Below are positions 45,868 to 55,298 of a DNA stretch of 64,000 nt, one piece after another; within the stretch, counting starts at the first letter, position 1, and each line of letters starts with the position of its first letter. This stretch comes from a virus. Made by a program: the position numbers and the translations under genes. Under the pieces are notes generated by a model that worked only from the letters and a program-made list of their open reading frames with translations, had not been told where the DNA came from and ran no database searches. The stretch spans positions 35,060 to 99,059 of IMG/VR virus record IMGVR_UViG_3300035086_000100. One strand, written 5' to 3'.

Positions 45868-46133
45868 TGCCTGACACCGAAACCACCGAGCCGGCCGAAT
45901 CCGCGCAGCCGCTAACTGGAGCCGAGCATCTGGCGTGGTGCAAGGAACGCGCCCTTGAGTACGCCGACCAGCGGGACACGGCCAGTGCCATCTCCTCGCT
46001 GGTGCAGGATCTCGGCTTGCACCCCGAAACCGCCGGCTCGGTTGACGTGGTGATTCACCTGATGACCCCGCTGGCCATGACGGGCGAGTTTGAGCGGCCG
46101 GGCGAACTTCGCAAGTTCATCGAGGGGTTCTGA
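45867..46133 (+). CDS. Hypothetical protein
   Basis: EHL.WCKERALEY..FIEGF. Confidence 0.7.
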   Translation: MPDTETTEPAESAQPLTGAEHLAWCKERALEYADQRDTASAISSLVQDLGLHPETAGSVDVVIHLMTPLAMTGEFERPGELRKFIEGF

Positions 46134-46134
46134 C

Positions 46135-46632
46135 ATGCCAGCTAGCGAAGCTCCCTCATCCGTACTCCGCCGCGCCGCTGAGCGAATGCGGGCCGAAGCG
46201 ACCGCCGCTAAGGAACTGACCGGCGACGGCAACGGCAAGTGGTTCCCCTGGGGAGTCGTCCAGCAGACGGAATGGCGCGAGTTCCCCGAGCCGCGTCCCG
46301 TCCCGGTGCCGTTCGCCTTCGACGACAGCACCGAGATGGCGACCGGGCAGCACGAGCCGACCGGGCAGGCGTTCGTCGCCCATTCCGTCTATGTCCACGA
46401 CCAGCACGAGGACTGGCACGAGGCCGAGTTCATCGGCAGCGCGATACCTGAGCCTCTGGCCAGGTACATGGCGTCAATGGGACCGCACGTCGGGCTGATG
46501 CTCGCTGACTGGCTTGACGCCCTGGCCGAGCAGGCAGAGCAGTCCGGAGTCTGGGCCCTGCACGCACTTAGCCCCGGCCCGCTGACGCTTGCCCGCGCCT
46601 ACCTGAACGAGGAGAACCCCGATGACCACTGA
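46135..46632 (+). CDS. Hypothetical phage protein
   Basis: ASM.P.VG..LADWL..L.LARAYL. Confidence 0.7.
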   Translation: MPASEAPSSVLRRAAERMRAEATAAKELTGDGNGKWFPWGVVQQTEWREFPEPRPVPVPFAFDDSTEMATGQHEPTGQAFVAHSVYVHDQHEDWHEAEFIGSAIPEPLARYMASMGPHVGLMLADWLDALAEQAEQSGVWALHALSPGPLTLARAYLNEENPDDH

Positions 46633-46708
46633 CACCCCGGCTGAGCCCGCTAGCGGCTGCAATCGCGGCTGCCCTGCCGGCGAGTGCTACTGCGGCGAGG
46701 AGTGAACG

Positions 46709-47125
46709 ATGCCTGACAACAACCTGACAGCCAGCCAGATAGCTGACCCCGTAGTCACCTATCTGGCAGAGGCAGAGCAGCGCTGGGACGCGGCGGGGAA
46801 CTTCAGGAACTCCAGCTACCCGACAGCGCTGGAACATCTCGGCAAGGCTCTCAGGTCACTGGCCGACATACCCCTCCTGCTCAGGGCAGTACGGGCAGGG
46901 CTGGCGCACCACCAGGACGACAGCTACGGCCGGTGCATTACCTGCCGCGAGTTCTGTACCTGCGTGGAAGATGCCTACGGCGCGCTCCCGAGCCCGGTGC
47001 CGCAGGCGACCGGTTACGCGGTCATGGCCCGCGCCTGGGAGAACTGCCCCCACGACTTCGAGCCCTTCCCCTGCAAGGAACGGCGGGACATCACGGCCGC
47101 GCTGACCGGAGAGAACGATGCCTGA
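46709..47125 (+). CDS. Hypothetical protein
   Basis: RBS GAGGAG. Confidence 0.6.
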   Translation: MPDNNLTASQIADPVVTYLAEAEQRWDAAGNFRNSSYPTALEHLGKALRSLADIPLLLRAVRAGLAHHQDDSYGRCITCREFCTCVEDAYGALPSPVPQATGYAVMARAWENCPHDFEPFPCKERRDITAALTGENDA

Positions 47126-47525
47126 GACCAAGGTGACCGACCTGTCCGCCGAACTGGGCACCATCCGCGAGATGGCTGCCCAGATCACCGACGACCACAC
47201 TGAGGCCGACTGCGCAGCCGACCTGGGTGTCCGGTGCACGGGCCACGACGCAGAGCGGATGGCGGACGCGCTGGACGCGGTACTGGAACGCCACCGTCCG
47301 GGCCGCTACGTCGTCCTGGGCGGCACCTGCCTGGTACACGAGAACCACCGGCACTTCTCGATCACCGCCATTGAGGCTGCGAGCGTTGACAACTGCCAGG
47401 ACTGCGAGGCCACTACCTACCTGTCCTGCGCTGTCTGCGGTGATCACGTCCCGCTGGTGCGGTGCCCTGACCGGGCAGCCATCACTGAGGCACTAACTGC
47501 GAAGGAGAACCCCGATGGCACCTGA
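47118..47525 (+). CDS. Cys-rich hypothetical protein
   Basis: In operon. Confidence 0.6.
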   Translation: MPETKVTDLSAELGTIREMAAQITDDHTEADCAADLGVRCTGHDAERMADALDAVLERHRPGRYVVLGGTCLVHENHRHFSITAIEAASVDNCQDCEATTYLSCAVCGDHVPLVRCPDRAAITEALTAKENPDGT

Positions 47526-47910
47526 ATTCAGCAACGACGGACCCCACAGCCCGGACCTGACCAGGGCGGCAGCCGACCAGATAGCCGAGCTGATCCGGTT
47601 TTTGAACTATGCCACGCTCGGTGACGCGCCCGGCCTTAAGTATCCGGCCGACGTAGATTCCGTCGCCGCCGCGCTCTATTCCGGAACGGGCCGGATGCCG
47701 CAGCTATTCGACCAGCTCGTCATGTTCCTCGCCGGCCAGAACGAGGCCGGCATCCTGAGTGACGCTCAGGGCCGGGACGTTGACGAGCAGGTCGCGATGG
47801 CCTGTTACCACCTTGGCGACGCCCGCGGGTACGCCATGCAACTGACCTCAGCGCTGCAAGCCGTCCAGAACGCCATATCAGGGCTGCACGTGCGGGGGGA
47901 GCGACGGTGA
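47515..47910 (+). CDS. Hypothetical helical protein
   Basis: RBS AAGGAG; IR.LNYAT..L.YP.D. Confidence 0.65.
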   Translation: MAPEFSNDGPHSPDLTRAAADQIAELIRFLNYATLGDAPGLKYPADVDSVAAALYSGTGRMPQLFDQLVMFLAGQNEAGILSDAQGRDVDEQVAMACYHLGDARGYAMQLTSALQAVQNAISGLHVRGERR

Positions 47911-48374
47911 CTGACTCCCTGCCCGTACCGCCAGAGATCACCGACGAGATGATCCTGGCCGCCCAGAACTACGACCTCGCGCACCGAGGCGAGACCATCT
48001 CCTGCCTGTGGACCGCCGTGCCTGACAAGCAGGTCGCGAGGCTCATAGCGGGAGTGATGCCGGCTATCCGGGCAGACGAGCGCAAGCGCTGGCTAGCCGC
48101 GATCAAGTGCCCGTCGCCGTGCGACGACGACTGCGAGCTTCGCCCGGACGGCTGCCACGAAGAGCACGACGTGCCATCGCACTGGGCGCATAACCCGTTC
48201 CAATGCTCAGAGATCCGGCTGGCCATAGCGGCAGCCGTCGTGGCCGAGCGGGCATCCATCGTCAAGATGATGCGAGAGGCGTCCACCGGCCTTAACCAGG
48301 TCGGCACTGACGATGCCCTGGAGATAGCGGGAACGCTCGGCGACTTCGCGGACATGCTGGCAGGTGACTCATGA
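47907..48374 (+). CDS. Hypothetical protein
   Basis: GTGA coupling. Confidence 0.6.
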   Translation: MTDSLPVPPEITDEMILAAQNYDLAHRGETISCLWTAVPDKQVARLIAGVMPAIRADERKRWLAAIKCPSPCDDDCELRPDGCHEEHDVPSHWAHNPFQCSEIRLAIAAAVVAERASIVKMMREASTGLNQVGTDDALEIAGTLGDFADMLAGDS

Positions 48375-48730
48375 CGCTGGCCGGGGAGATCGCCGCCATG
48401 CTGGTCCAGATCGAGCGCAACTACGACCGCGAAGGGTCAGGACCGGGGAGCCGCTTCGAGGGCAGGACGCGGGAAGCGGTGCAGGCTGAGGCAGTGCTGC
48501 GGCGCTTCGCCGAGCGGCTGAAAGACGAAGTCGCCGACGAGATGACCGCCATCACCGCCGAGACGGTCCTTGAGGCAGTCGCCATGTCAACGGCCCGGAT
48601 AGCCGAGCTTGAGCAGCTAGCAGGGGACATGCTCGGCCGCTTCCGCACCCACGACGGATTCGCCGTCTCGTTCTGCCCGTCGCTAGCGCAGTTTGACCGC
48701 TGGCAGGCAACCCTGAAGGGCACGCCGTGA
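48371..48730 (+). CDS. Hypothetical protein
   Basis: ATGA coupling. Confidence 0.6.
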   Translation: MTLAGEIAAMLVQIERNYDREGSGPGSRFEGRTREAVQAEAVLRRFAERLKDEVADEMTAITAETVLEAVAMSTARIAELEQLAGDMLGRFRTHDGFAVSFCPSLAQFDRWQATLKGTP

Positions 48731-49077
48731 CTGATCCCTCACCGCAATCCCTTACGCCGGTAGGTGACTACCTCAGAAGGCGCTACCCGGCTGATGACGG
48801 AACTACGCACTGGACCGGCATCGGCGATGATCCCGGATGCTGCGCGGGGCCGCACGCGACCTGCACCTACGGCGCGGCGTTCCGCGAGGGCGCGGCGACT
48901 GAGCGAGGCCGCATCTGGTCCCTCCCGGTAACCCAGCGCCTTGAGTTGTCCCCGGACAACGCCGTCTGGCACTGCGCGGGATGCCTCGCCGAGCTGAGCG
49001 AGAGCACGATCACGCACCTTCCCCGGTGCGGCGAGATGGGACTGGCCAGCCTGACCGGGAACGGCTCGGGCTCATGA
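48727..49077 (+). CDS. Hypothetical protein
   Basis: GTGA coupling. Confidence 0.55.
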   Translation: MTDPSPQSLTPVGDYLRRRYPADDGTTHWTGIGDDPGCCAGPHATCTYGAAFREGAATERGRIWSLPVTQRLELSPDNAVWHCAGCLAELSESTITHLPRCGEMGLASLTGNGSGS

Positions 49078-49562
49078 GCACCCAGCAGTTGCGGCCGAGC
49101 TACCTGGCTGGTGATCCCGGCTGGTACTGCGATGGCTGCGGCGCGACCCTGACCGGCGGAGCGCTGCGGCACGGCCCTAAGTGCGGCGCGCTCGCGACCC
49201 TCGCCGATGCAGCCGCCCAGGCGCGCATCAAGGACCTGCGGCGGATCGTCACCCAGCTTGAGTACGACCTGGCCCGCAAGAACCGGGAGCTTGACACCAT
49301 GCACTACGTCTGGTGCGACGGAGGGTGCAGCGGCGGCGTGCACCGATGGTCAGACGCGCTGGTCACGCGCGAACTGGTCGAGTCGGCCGAGCGGAACGCG
49401 AGACGGCTTCGCCGCTGGTACCGGGCCGTGCAGTTCAGGCTGAGTATGCCCGGAGCGTCGGCGTGGCAGCGGGAGCGGCAAGAGCGGCTGGCGGCGAAGA
49501 CGGACCTTCAGGTAACCGCCCCGGAACCTGAACCAGAGCAAGGAAGGCCCAAGGATGGCTGA
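49074..49562 (+). CDS. Hypothetical protein
   Basis: ATGA coupling; HYVWCDGGC. Confidence 0.6.
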   Translation: MSTQQLRPSYLAGDPGWYCDGCGATLTGGALRHGPKCGALATLADAAAQARIKDLRRIVTQLEYDLARKNRELDTMHYVWCDGGCSGGVHRWSDALVTRELVESAERNARRLRRWYRAVQFRLSMPGASAWQRERQERLAAKTDLQVTAPEPEPEQGRPKDG

Positions 49563-49989
49563 ACTGACCGGCCTGCTGAAGTCCATCCCCCGAGGCGCGC
49601 TTCCCCTCGCCGCCGACGCGGTCAGCTTCGAGCTGATGTCCGGCCGCGACGTATCAACCTGGCTGGACTCAGACGAAGCGCTGGCCCGGGCCGCACTGAA
49701 GGCGGCACTGCCGGTGATCGAGAAGGCCGCGCTGAGGGCAGCGGCGCGGCACATCCTGCTCCTTGATGATTTCGAGAGCAACCGCCTTTGCCCGGCCTGC
49801 TGGGGTCCCACGACGCGGCGTCCAGCGAATCACCTGGACCCGGACCCGTTCTACCGGTGCGGCGACGGCCACGAGTGGAAGGCGCACCCGGTGCAAGGCC
49901 CGTACACCGACACGCGGACCGTGCTGCGCAAGCTGTCCAGGGGAGAGCCACTGCCAGACCTGCCGGCGAAAGAGAACGACGATGCCTGA
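49555..49989 (+). CDS. Hypothetical protein with Zn ribbon
   Basis: CPAC..RCGDGH. Confidence 0.55.
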   Translation: MAELTGLLKSIPRGALPLAADAVSFELMSGRDVSTWLDSDEALARAALKAALPVIEKAALRAAARHILLLDDFESNRLCPACWGPTTRRPANHLDPDPFYRCGDGHEWKAHPVQGPYTDTRTVLRKLSRGEPLPDLPAKENDDA

Positions 49990-50176
49990 CCGCTGCCACC
50001 AGGAACTATGCCCCAACCGGCCCGGTGAGGGATGCCTGCGGGGCGTAGCGGACTGCCCGGACGAAGCTGACGACGACACGCGGGCGTACGTCTCGCGGCA
50101 GTGGGCCGACGCCTGGGACAGCCCGGAAGACGCGGCCTACGACGAACCAGAGCAAGGGAGGCTTGAGGATGCCTGA
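49982..50176 (+). CDS. Small hypothetical protein
   Basis: WDSPEDAAYD motif. Confidence 0.5.
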   Translation: MPDRCHQELCPNRPGEGCLRGVADCPDEADDDTRAYVSRQWADAWDSPEDAAYDEPEQGRLEDA

Positions 50177-50373
50177 CCGCACGCTGGGGGGCCGGCGCGG
50201 AGATCGACCAGGACGAGGTCGCGGCGTTCGCCCGGTGGCAGCGAGGAGGCGAACTGCGGTGACCGAACCCTGCTTCGGCGGCAGCGATCTTCCTCTTCTT
50301 GAGCCTCAGATGAGGTGCCATAAGAGGAAGATCGCTCGGCTATGGGTGATCAGGGAACTGGAGGAGACCGCCG

Positions 50374-50868
50374 ATGCCGGTTAGGCAGCTCACCGAGAAG
50401 TGCTGGCTGGCAAGCTGGGCCGGCGATACCCGCACCGACAAGGAGGCCGGCTACAGCGGCCACTGGGGCAAGCCTGACTGCGAGTCGCTGACCGGCCGGG
50501 GCTGGTTCCACCTGGGCTGCGACGGCCTGGTCACGGAGGGCTTCTGCCTCTCCTGCGAGACGGCGCACCTGGGCGTCTTCGACAAGCCGCGCACGATCGT
50601 GCTCCGGTCCATCGTCCCCCGCCCGCTCCTGGGCTGCTGGGAGGTCACCTGCGACACGTGCGCGACAGAGCTTGAGGACGATGACACCGGGTGCGTGCAC
50701 GTCAGTTCATTTGACGCTGCGGCTCAGGCTGCGGTTGCCTACGGCTGGTCGGTCTACGCCGATGGCCGGGCGTACTGCGACGCCGACGCGCCGCCGCCAG
50801 GATCAGGACAGCCGGTCATTCTGCCGGACGCTGACCAGCCGGCCCTGTTCGGAGGCGAACTGCAGTGA
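50374..50868 (+). CDS. Cys-rich hypothetical protein
   Basis: RBS GGAGGAG. Confidence 0.6.
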   Translation: MPVRQLTEKCWLASWAGDTRTDKEAGYSGHWGKPDCESLTGRGWFHLGCDGLVTEGFCLSCETAHLGVFDKPRTIVLRSIVPRPLLGCWEVTCDTCATELEDDDTGCVHVSSFDAAAQAAVAYGWSVYADGRAYCDADAPPPGSGQPVILPDADQPALFGGELQ

Positions 50869-51092
50869 CCATCTACGACCGGATCTTCGACCTAGAGGGC
50901 AAGCTGGACAAGCCTGACCTTGACTTCCTGAGCCGCCGCCTGACGCTGCGGAGAATGCTGGAAGAGGTCCGCGCCGAAGGGTTCAGCGAAGGTCACCGCG
51001 AGGGGATGAGGGACGCGCGGGACGCCGAATCCGCTGAGCGCGAGAAGGCCGAAGCGGCGGCTGTCGTTCCCCTTGAGGACGGCCAGGGATGA
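50865..51092 (+). CDS. Hypothetical protein
   Basis: GTGA coupling. Confidence 0.55.
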   Translation: MTIYDRIFDLEGKLDKPDLDFLSRRLTLRRMLEEVRAEGFSEGHREGMRDARDAESAEREKAEAAAVVPLEDGQG

Positions 51093-51355
51093 GTGAGACC
51101 GTCAGGATCGCCGGACCTATCACCGGGCCGCACCAGATCAGCCTGTGCTACGCCTCGCCGCTCCACTGCCACATGCACGAGGTAGACGAACCCTGCATCC
51201 CGGGTTACCGCTGGTGCATGGAGTGCGGCCATGCCTTCGCGACGGCGGCGGAGCTGCTGGCCGGCCACAACGGGCACCTGGCCGTGTACGGCATCGAGCC
51301 CGAGACCGACCCGGGCAAGGTGTTCTGCTGTCCGCTCTGCACCCATTCATGGTGA
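51089..51355 (+). CDS. Zn-finger hypothetical protein
   Basis: CH.H..C.ECGH..CPLC.H. Confidence 0.6.
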   Translation: MSETVRIAGPITGPHQISLCYASPLHCHMHEVDEPCIPGYRWCMECGHAFATAAELLAGHNGHLAVYGIEPETDPGKVFCCPLCTHSW

Positions 51356-51424
51356 TGCCAATGACCGAACGCGCATTCGCCTTTGGTCGGTAGGCGCGGT
51401 AATCCTCGCCGGGCATCCGGCTGA

Positions 51425-52417
51425 TCACGTTTGCTCCCTCGCTAGCCGGCGCCGCTCGGAAAGGACGGTCCCGGATCGCTTGTTGCGGCGGAACCTGGCC
51501 CGGTCATACCGCTGCGTTGTTCGGCCGTCCTTGTGCCCTGCCGTGTCCTGAACGATCTCCATCGCCACGCCGGCATCGCGGGCGTGCGTGATGTGGGAGT
51601 GCCTCAGTGAGTGCGGGTTCAACTTCGGCCACGACCTGATCCCGGCCTGCCGCGCTAGCCGACGCACGAGCCGCCACACGTCCTGCTCTATCAGAGCGAC
51701 CCCGGTGCGAGTCGTGAACAGCGGCTCATGCGGACCCGGTTCGCCGCGAGTCGCCAGGTAGGCGCCAAGCGCGTCGCTGGCCTCAGTCTCGATGACGTAC
51801 CGCCGTTCGGTGCCGCCCTTGAGTATGAGCCGCAGGCTGCGCTCACCCTGATCCCAGCCGAGATCGCCGATCGTGGCACCGAGGACCGACCCGACCCGGA
51901 ACGCTCCGAAGTACAGGACCGAGATCAGCGCGAGCGCCCGCGGGCTGTCGGCTCCGGCCTGGTCGAGCAGCGCGTCTATCTCGTCGACGCTGAGGCCGGT
52001 AGCCGGGGACACATCGCGGTCTATGTTCGGCCGCCCGGTGGCCTTGGCCGGGTTCCGCTCGGTAACTTCCTCGCCGATGAGGTAGTCGTACCAGCTGCTG
52101 ATCGCAGAGAGTTTCCGCGCCCTGGTGCCAGGGGAGTGGCCGTCCGCTTCGAGCAACTTGGCGTAGACGGCTACATGCCGCTTGCGCGCGGTGAGCGGGT
52201 CGAGACTGTTACTGGCGCACCACGGCAGCCACGCGGGAGTCTGCATCTTCGCGGGCTTGCCGTTCGTGCCGACCCCGATCAGGTCGCGCCGGTACGCGTT
52301 CAGGGTGTGGACGCTCTTGAGCCCGGCCAGCCAGCCGAAGGTAGCGCCCGCGAAGTCTTCCGCCGGGTTTTCGAGGACGGCAGGCAGCGCGTTGCCGGCG
52401 AGGGCGATCTCGGTCAT
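51425..52417 (-). CDS. Tyrosine recombinase (XerC/D-like resolvase)
   Basis: T..AY.RDL, RKLSAISSWY, catalytic R (AFRVG), KGG, HSLRH, AGH, T..Y. Confidence 0.92.
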   Translation of the reverse strand: MTEIALAGNALPAVLENPAEDFAGATFGWLAGLKSVHTLNAYRRDLIGVGTNGKPAKMQTPAWLPWCASNSLDPLTARKRHVAVYAKLLEADGHSPGTRARKLSAISSWYDYLIGEEVTERNPAKATGRPNIDRDVSPATGLSVDEIDALLDQAGADSPRALALISVLYFGAFRVGSVLGATIGDLGWDQGERSLRLILKGGTERRYVIETEASDALGAYLATRGEPGPHEPLFTTRTGVALIEQDVWRLVRRLARQAGIRSWPKLNPHSLRHSHITHARDAGVAMEIVQDTAGHKDGRTTQRYDRARFRRNKRSGTVLSERRRLAREQT

Positions 52418-52626
52418 GCCGCGCCGCCCTGCATGAGCCGGGGCGTCCAGCCGTATTGCGGCTCGGGCGCATCGAGCAACCGCCCCGCCTCCGCATGGTC
52501 GCAGTCGGCGCTTCCGGCGATCAGGTCAATGGCGTCTTCGCGTGACAGCCAGCCGATGCCGTAGCCGTCGCGTACGCCTTCGAGTACCTCGGGGAGGTCT
52601 GCGTCCATAGATCCCATGAGGCTCAT
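52414..52626 (-). CDS. Hypothetical protein
   Basis: ATGA-coupled to the recombinase. Confidence 0.5.
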   Translation of the reverse strand: MSLMGSMDADLPEVLEGVRDGYGIGWLSREDAIDLIAGSADCDHAEAGRLLDAPEPQYGWTPRLMQGGAA

Positions 52627-52654
52627 TGTATAGATAATCTGAATTATCCCCGCG
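52627..52654. other. dif/res-like recombination site candidate
   Basis: TGTATAGATAA-TCTGAA-TTATCCCCGCG (11-6-11; GATAA-N6-TTATC). Confidence 0.55.
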
Positions 52655-52722
52655 CCTGAATTGCCCTGCCTGACGATTAATTGACGCTGAACTGACGGGC
52701 CGCTGACCGCTAAGATGATCTT

Positions 52723-52950
52723 GTGCGCCCAGCCGACTACGCCCTAGCCGCACTCATCCGCGCGGATCTGAAGTCAGGCCGGGCACGGGAGGCAAGGAAA
52801 GCAGCGGGCCTGTCCGGTGCCGAGGCAGCGAGGGCTCTGGGAGTTTCAAGGCAGTCAGTGTCGGACTGGGAGACCGGAGGGGGAGTGACAGCAGAACATG
52901 CGCTGGCTTACGGGAGGCTGCTGGCGAAGCTGGCGAGGGGGGCGGCGTAA
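52723..52950 (+). CDS. XRE-family HTH protein
   Basis: ARKAAGLSGAEAARALGVSRQSVSDWETG. Confidence 0.85.
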   Translation: MRPADYALAALIRADLKSGRAREARKAAGLSGAEAARALGVSRQSVSDWETGGGVTAEHALAYGRLLAKLARGAA

Positions 52951-53085
52951 ATGACGGAAGCGACCCCGGCGCCGTCGATCACCTGCCCGGTCTGCGGCAT
53001 GACGAGCTTCAACCCGAATGACATCGCAGAGGGGTACTGCGGCAACTGCCATGACTGGACAGCCGAACCGCCCCGCCACCCCTGA
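52951..53085 (+). CDS. 44-aa Zn-finger protein
   Basis: Hand-read SITCPVCGMTSFNPNDIAEGYCGNCH. Confidence 0.65.
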   Translation: MTEATPAPSITCPVCGMTSFNPNDIAEGYCGNCHDWTAEPPRHP

Positions 53086-53102
53086 GGGCGACGGGGCGGT
53101 TC
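53065..53102. terminator. Hairpin between convergent genes
   Basis: GAACCGCCCCG / CGGGGCGGTTC 11-bp stem. Confidence 0.6.
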
Positions 53103-53237
53103 TATCGGTGTCGGGAGAACAAGAGACCACTTTCAGGCTGTAGCCGCCCGCCGGTCACATGCCCCGCCGTAGCGAGGGGGTACCGGACATCCCGCCCTTG
53201 AGCGTTCTCCCTGCGGGAATCCTGGAGTTGATCTTAC

Positions 53238-53489
53238 CTAGCCGGCCTGCTCGCGCACCGCGACGTAGCTTCCCCGCCCCGGGACCGTGACCACGATCCC
53301 TTCATCGCGCAGCAGGCGGACGGCCCGGCGTACTGTCGTGGCGGCGCAGTCTGTTGCCTTCATGAGTTCGGTCTCGGTCGGCATCTGCTGGCCGGGCGCG
53401 AACCCGCCTGACTCGATTTCTTTCCGCAGCCACGCGGCTATCTGGCGGCACGGGGAGTTGAGTACTTCGCGGGTGACAGGGATGTCCAC
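53238..53489 (-). CDS. Stand-alone GntR wHTH
   Basis: RQIAAWLR..PTE.EL..TVRRAV..TVPGRGSYV. Confidence 0.85.
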   Translation of the reverse strand: MDIPVTREVLNSPCRQIAAWLRKEIESGGFAPGQQMPTETELMKATDCAATTVRRAVRLLRDEGIVVTVPGRGSYVAVREQAG

Positions 53490-53565
53490 GGGCGTCTCCC
53501 TTGATGTGCGGAGGCATCCCCCGAATGGTATCGCTCGCGAGCGCTCGGTGTCGTACCGTAGTCAT

Positions 53566-53841
53566 GTGGACACGGACAGGGAATCGCTCTCGGAGACGCA
53601 GAACGACCGCTCACCGGACACGCGGGCCGTCTACGCGTGGCTGGGCCGGGACAAGGTCGGCATCGAGGGGTTCATCGCGATGCCGACCGCCTACGGGATC
53701 ATGCCGCTGCTGGCGGCCGACGAGCAGCGCGCGCGGGGCATGGAACCGGACGCGCTGCTGGCGGCGAGGCTGAGGGACTGCGGCCCGGCCCGGCTGGTGA
53801 AGTTCACCCGGTGCGAGACGCTGGCGGAGACCGGGCCTTGA
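53566..53841 (+). CDS. Hypothetical protein
   Basis: TACCGT -10 then GTG; VYAWL..G.EG..MPLL.AD..LVKFT. Confidence 0.65.
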   Translation: MDTDRESLSETQNDRSPDTRAVYAWLGRDKVGIEGFIAMPTAYGIMPLLAADEQRARGMEPDALLAARLRDCGPARLVKFTRCETLAETGP

Positions 53842-54128
53842 ACGGCGGCGCGCTCCTGCTGGTGCCGTGCGACGGCGGCTACCGCATCAAGGAGACGGCA
53901 ACCCACTACGTCGACGTGATCCGCATGATCTACAACTGGCGGATAGCCCGGGTGCCGAAGGCGTGCCCGATGACGTATGACCGGGGCTGGTGCTATGCCG
54001 GCAAAGGACCGGACTCGTTCGCGCGGGCCGTACTCGCTGCCGCCGCATGGGATGGTGCCGACGATACCGAACCGGGAGGCTGGAACAAGAACACCCAGAC
54101 TGGGGAATGGCGGGAGCCGGACGCGTGA
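53838..54128 (+). CDS. Hypothetical protein
   Basis: YDRGWCY..A..WDG..EP.GW. Confidence 0.65.
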   Translation: MNGGALLLVPCDGGYRIKETATHYVDVIRMIYNWRIARVPKACPMTYDRGWCYAGKGPDSFARAVLAAAAWDGADDTEPGGWNKNTQTGEWREPDA

Positions 54129-54535
54129 TGTATCCGCACTGGGGCGACCCGCTGTGGTTCGACCGCAAGGGCAAGCCGATCGACGCCGCGACGTATGACC
54201 GCCTGAAGCACGACGACGCCTACAAGGTGGTCGCCCAGGACTGGGTGGAGGACTGGTGGATCTCCACGGTCTGGCTCGGTGACAATTACGACTTCGATTC
54301 CGGTTCCGGGCCCCTGATCTTCGAGACGATGATTTTCCTGCCGGGCGAAGGCGGCGATCTGCTGCTCGGCGGCAGGTACCCCACCGAGGAAGTGGCAAGA
54401 GCGGGCCACAGTCAGGCGCTGGATGCCTTGCAGGACGAGCGGGTGCGCAACATCCTGGCCGCGCATCTCGCCGCCATCAATGACGACTTCCGGGATCAGC
54501 CGGCCGACGGTGACTGCGCGACGAAGGATCCGTGA
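54128..54535 (+). CDS. Hypothetical phage protein
   Basis: ISTVWLG..PLIFETMIF..RY.T...A..GH. Confidence 0.7.
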   Translation: MYPHWGDPLWFDRKGKPIDAATYDRLKHDDAYKVVAQDWVEDWWISTVWLGDNYDFDSGSGPLIFETMIFLPGEGGDLLLGGRYPTEEVARAGHSQALDALQDERVRNILAAHLAAINDDFRDQPADGDCATKDP

Positions 54536-54741
54536 CCGGGCACCGTGGTCACCCGGCCCTCGTCGCGCAGCAGTTTCACCGCCCGCCGGATCGTGGTCCG
54601 CGCCGACCCTGTTTCCGCCTGGAGCGCGGCCTCGGACGGGAGCCGGCGTCCCGGCGTCAGGGTTCCGTCCTCGATGCGTCCCCTGATCCACCCGGCTATC
54701 TGCTGGCTGGGACGTTCCGGCGAGTCATAGTCGATGTCCAT
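54496..54741 (-). CDS. Stand-alone GntR wHTH
   Basis: QQIAGWIR..LPSE..TIRRAV..TVPGHGSFV. Confidence 0.85.
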   Translation of the reverse strand: MDIDYDSPERPSQQIAGWIRGRIEDGTLTPGRRLPSEAALQAETGSARTTIRRAVKLLRDEGRVTTVPGHGSFVAQSPSAG

Positions 54742-54828
54742 GCCTCACAGTAACTCCGGTAGCGCTCCGTGCGCGACCCGGTACGGACGGGTAGCGCCGG
54801 AGCGGCCCGGAGCGGTACCGTGGACGGC

Positions 54829-55014
54829 ATGACCAGTGATGCGCCGGCGTCCCCGGCATTAGGCCCCGCGGCCCCGGGCGGCTTCTCGTGGTCCTGCGCG
54901 GACTGCGGGACCGTGACGACGGCGTCCGGCCCCCGGATGACCGCCATCGCTGCCCGGCAGGCCCGGGAGTGCGCCGACGCCGGCCACCTGGTCACCGTTC
55001 CGGCGGGGGGATGA
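54829..55014 (+). CDS. Small Zn-binding protein
   Basis: TACCGT -10 then ATG; WSCADCG..C..GH. Confidence 0.5.
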   Translation: MTSDAPASPALGPAAPGGFSWSCADCGTVTTASGPRMTAIAARQARECADAGHLVTVPAGG

Positions 55015-55298
55015 CTGTGGCTGCTGATACTGCCATCACCGCGTTCGTCGCGGCCCGGATCGCCGAGCCGCCCGGGGAGGGCCTGGACTGGGCTGATTCG
55101 CGGCGCCACGCGGCGGAGATGGCGCTGCTGGGACGGATCATGGCCGCGGCGACGGGTATTCCCGACGCCTCGATGCTGGGGTGGCTGACCGCCGGGGAGT
55201 GGCGGCGGCTGTGCGCGGCCCGCTGGGACGATCACCCGGATTACGATCAGGGCTGGGCGTTCGGCCCGGCGGTGACAGGCCCGGAGGCGGTCCGGTGA
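55011..55298 (+). CDS. Hypothetical protein (DUF6221-like)
   Basis: ITAFV.ARIAE..W.DHPDY...W. Confidence 0.65.
   Translation: MTVAADTAITAFVAARIAEPPGEGLDWADSRRHAAEMALLGRIMAAATGIPDASMLGWLTAGEWRRLCAARWDDHPDYDQGWAFGPAVTGPEAVR

Noticed and set aside
3468-51425. Large invertible segment switching late genes between the two early operons
   Set aside because: I found no convincing inverted repeat pair or second dif-like site by eye; a self-alignment would settle it.
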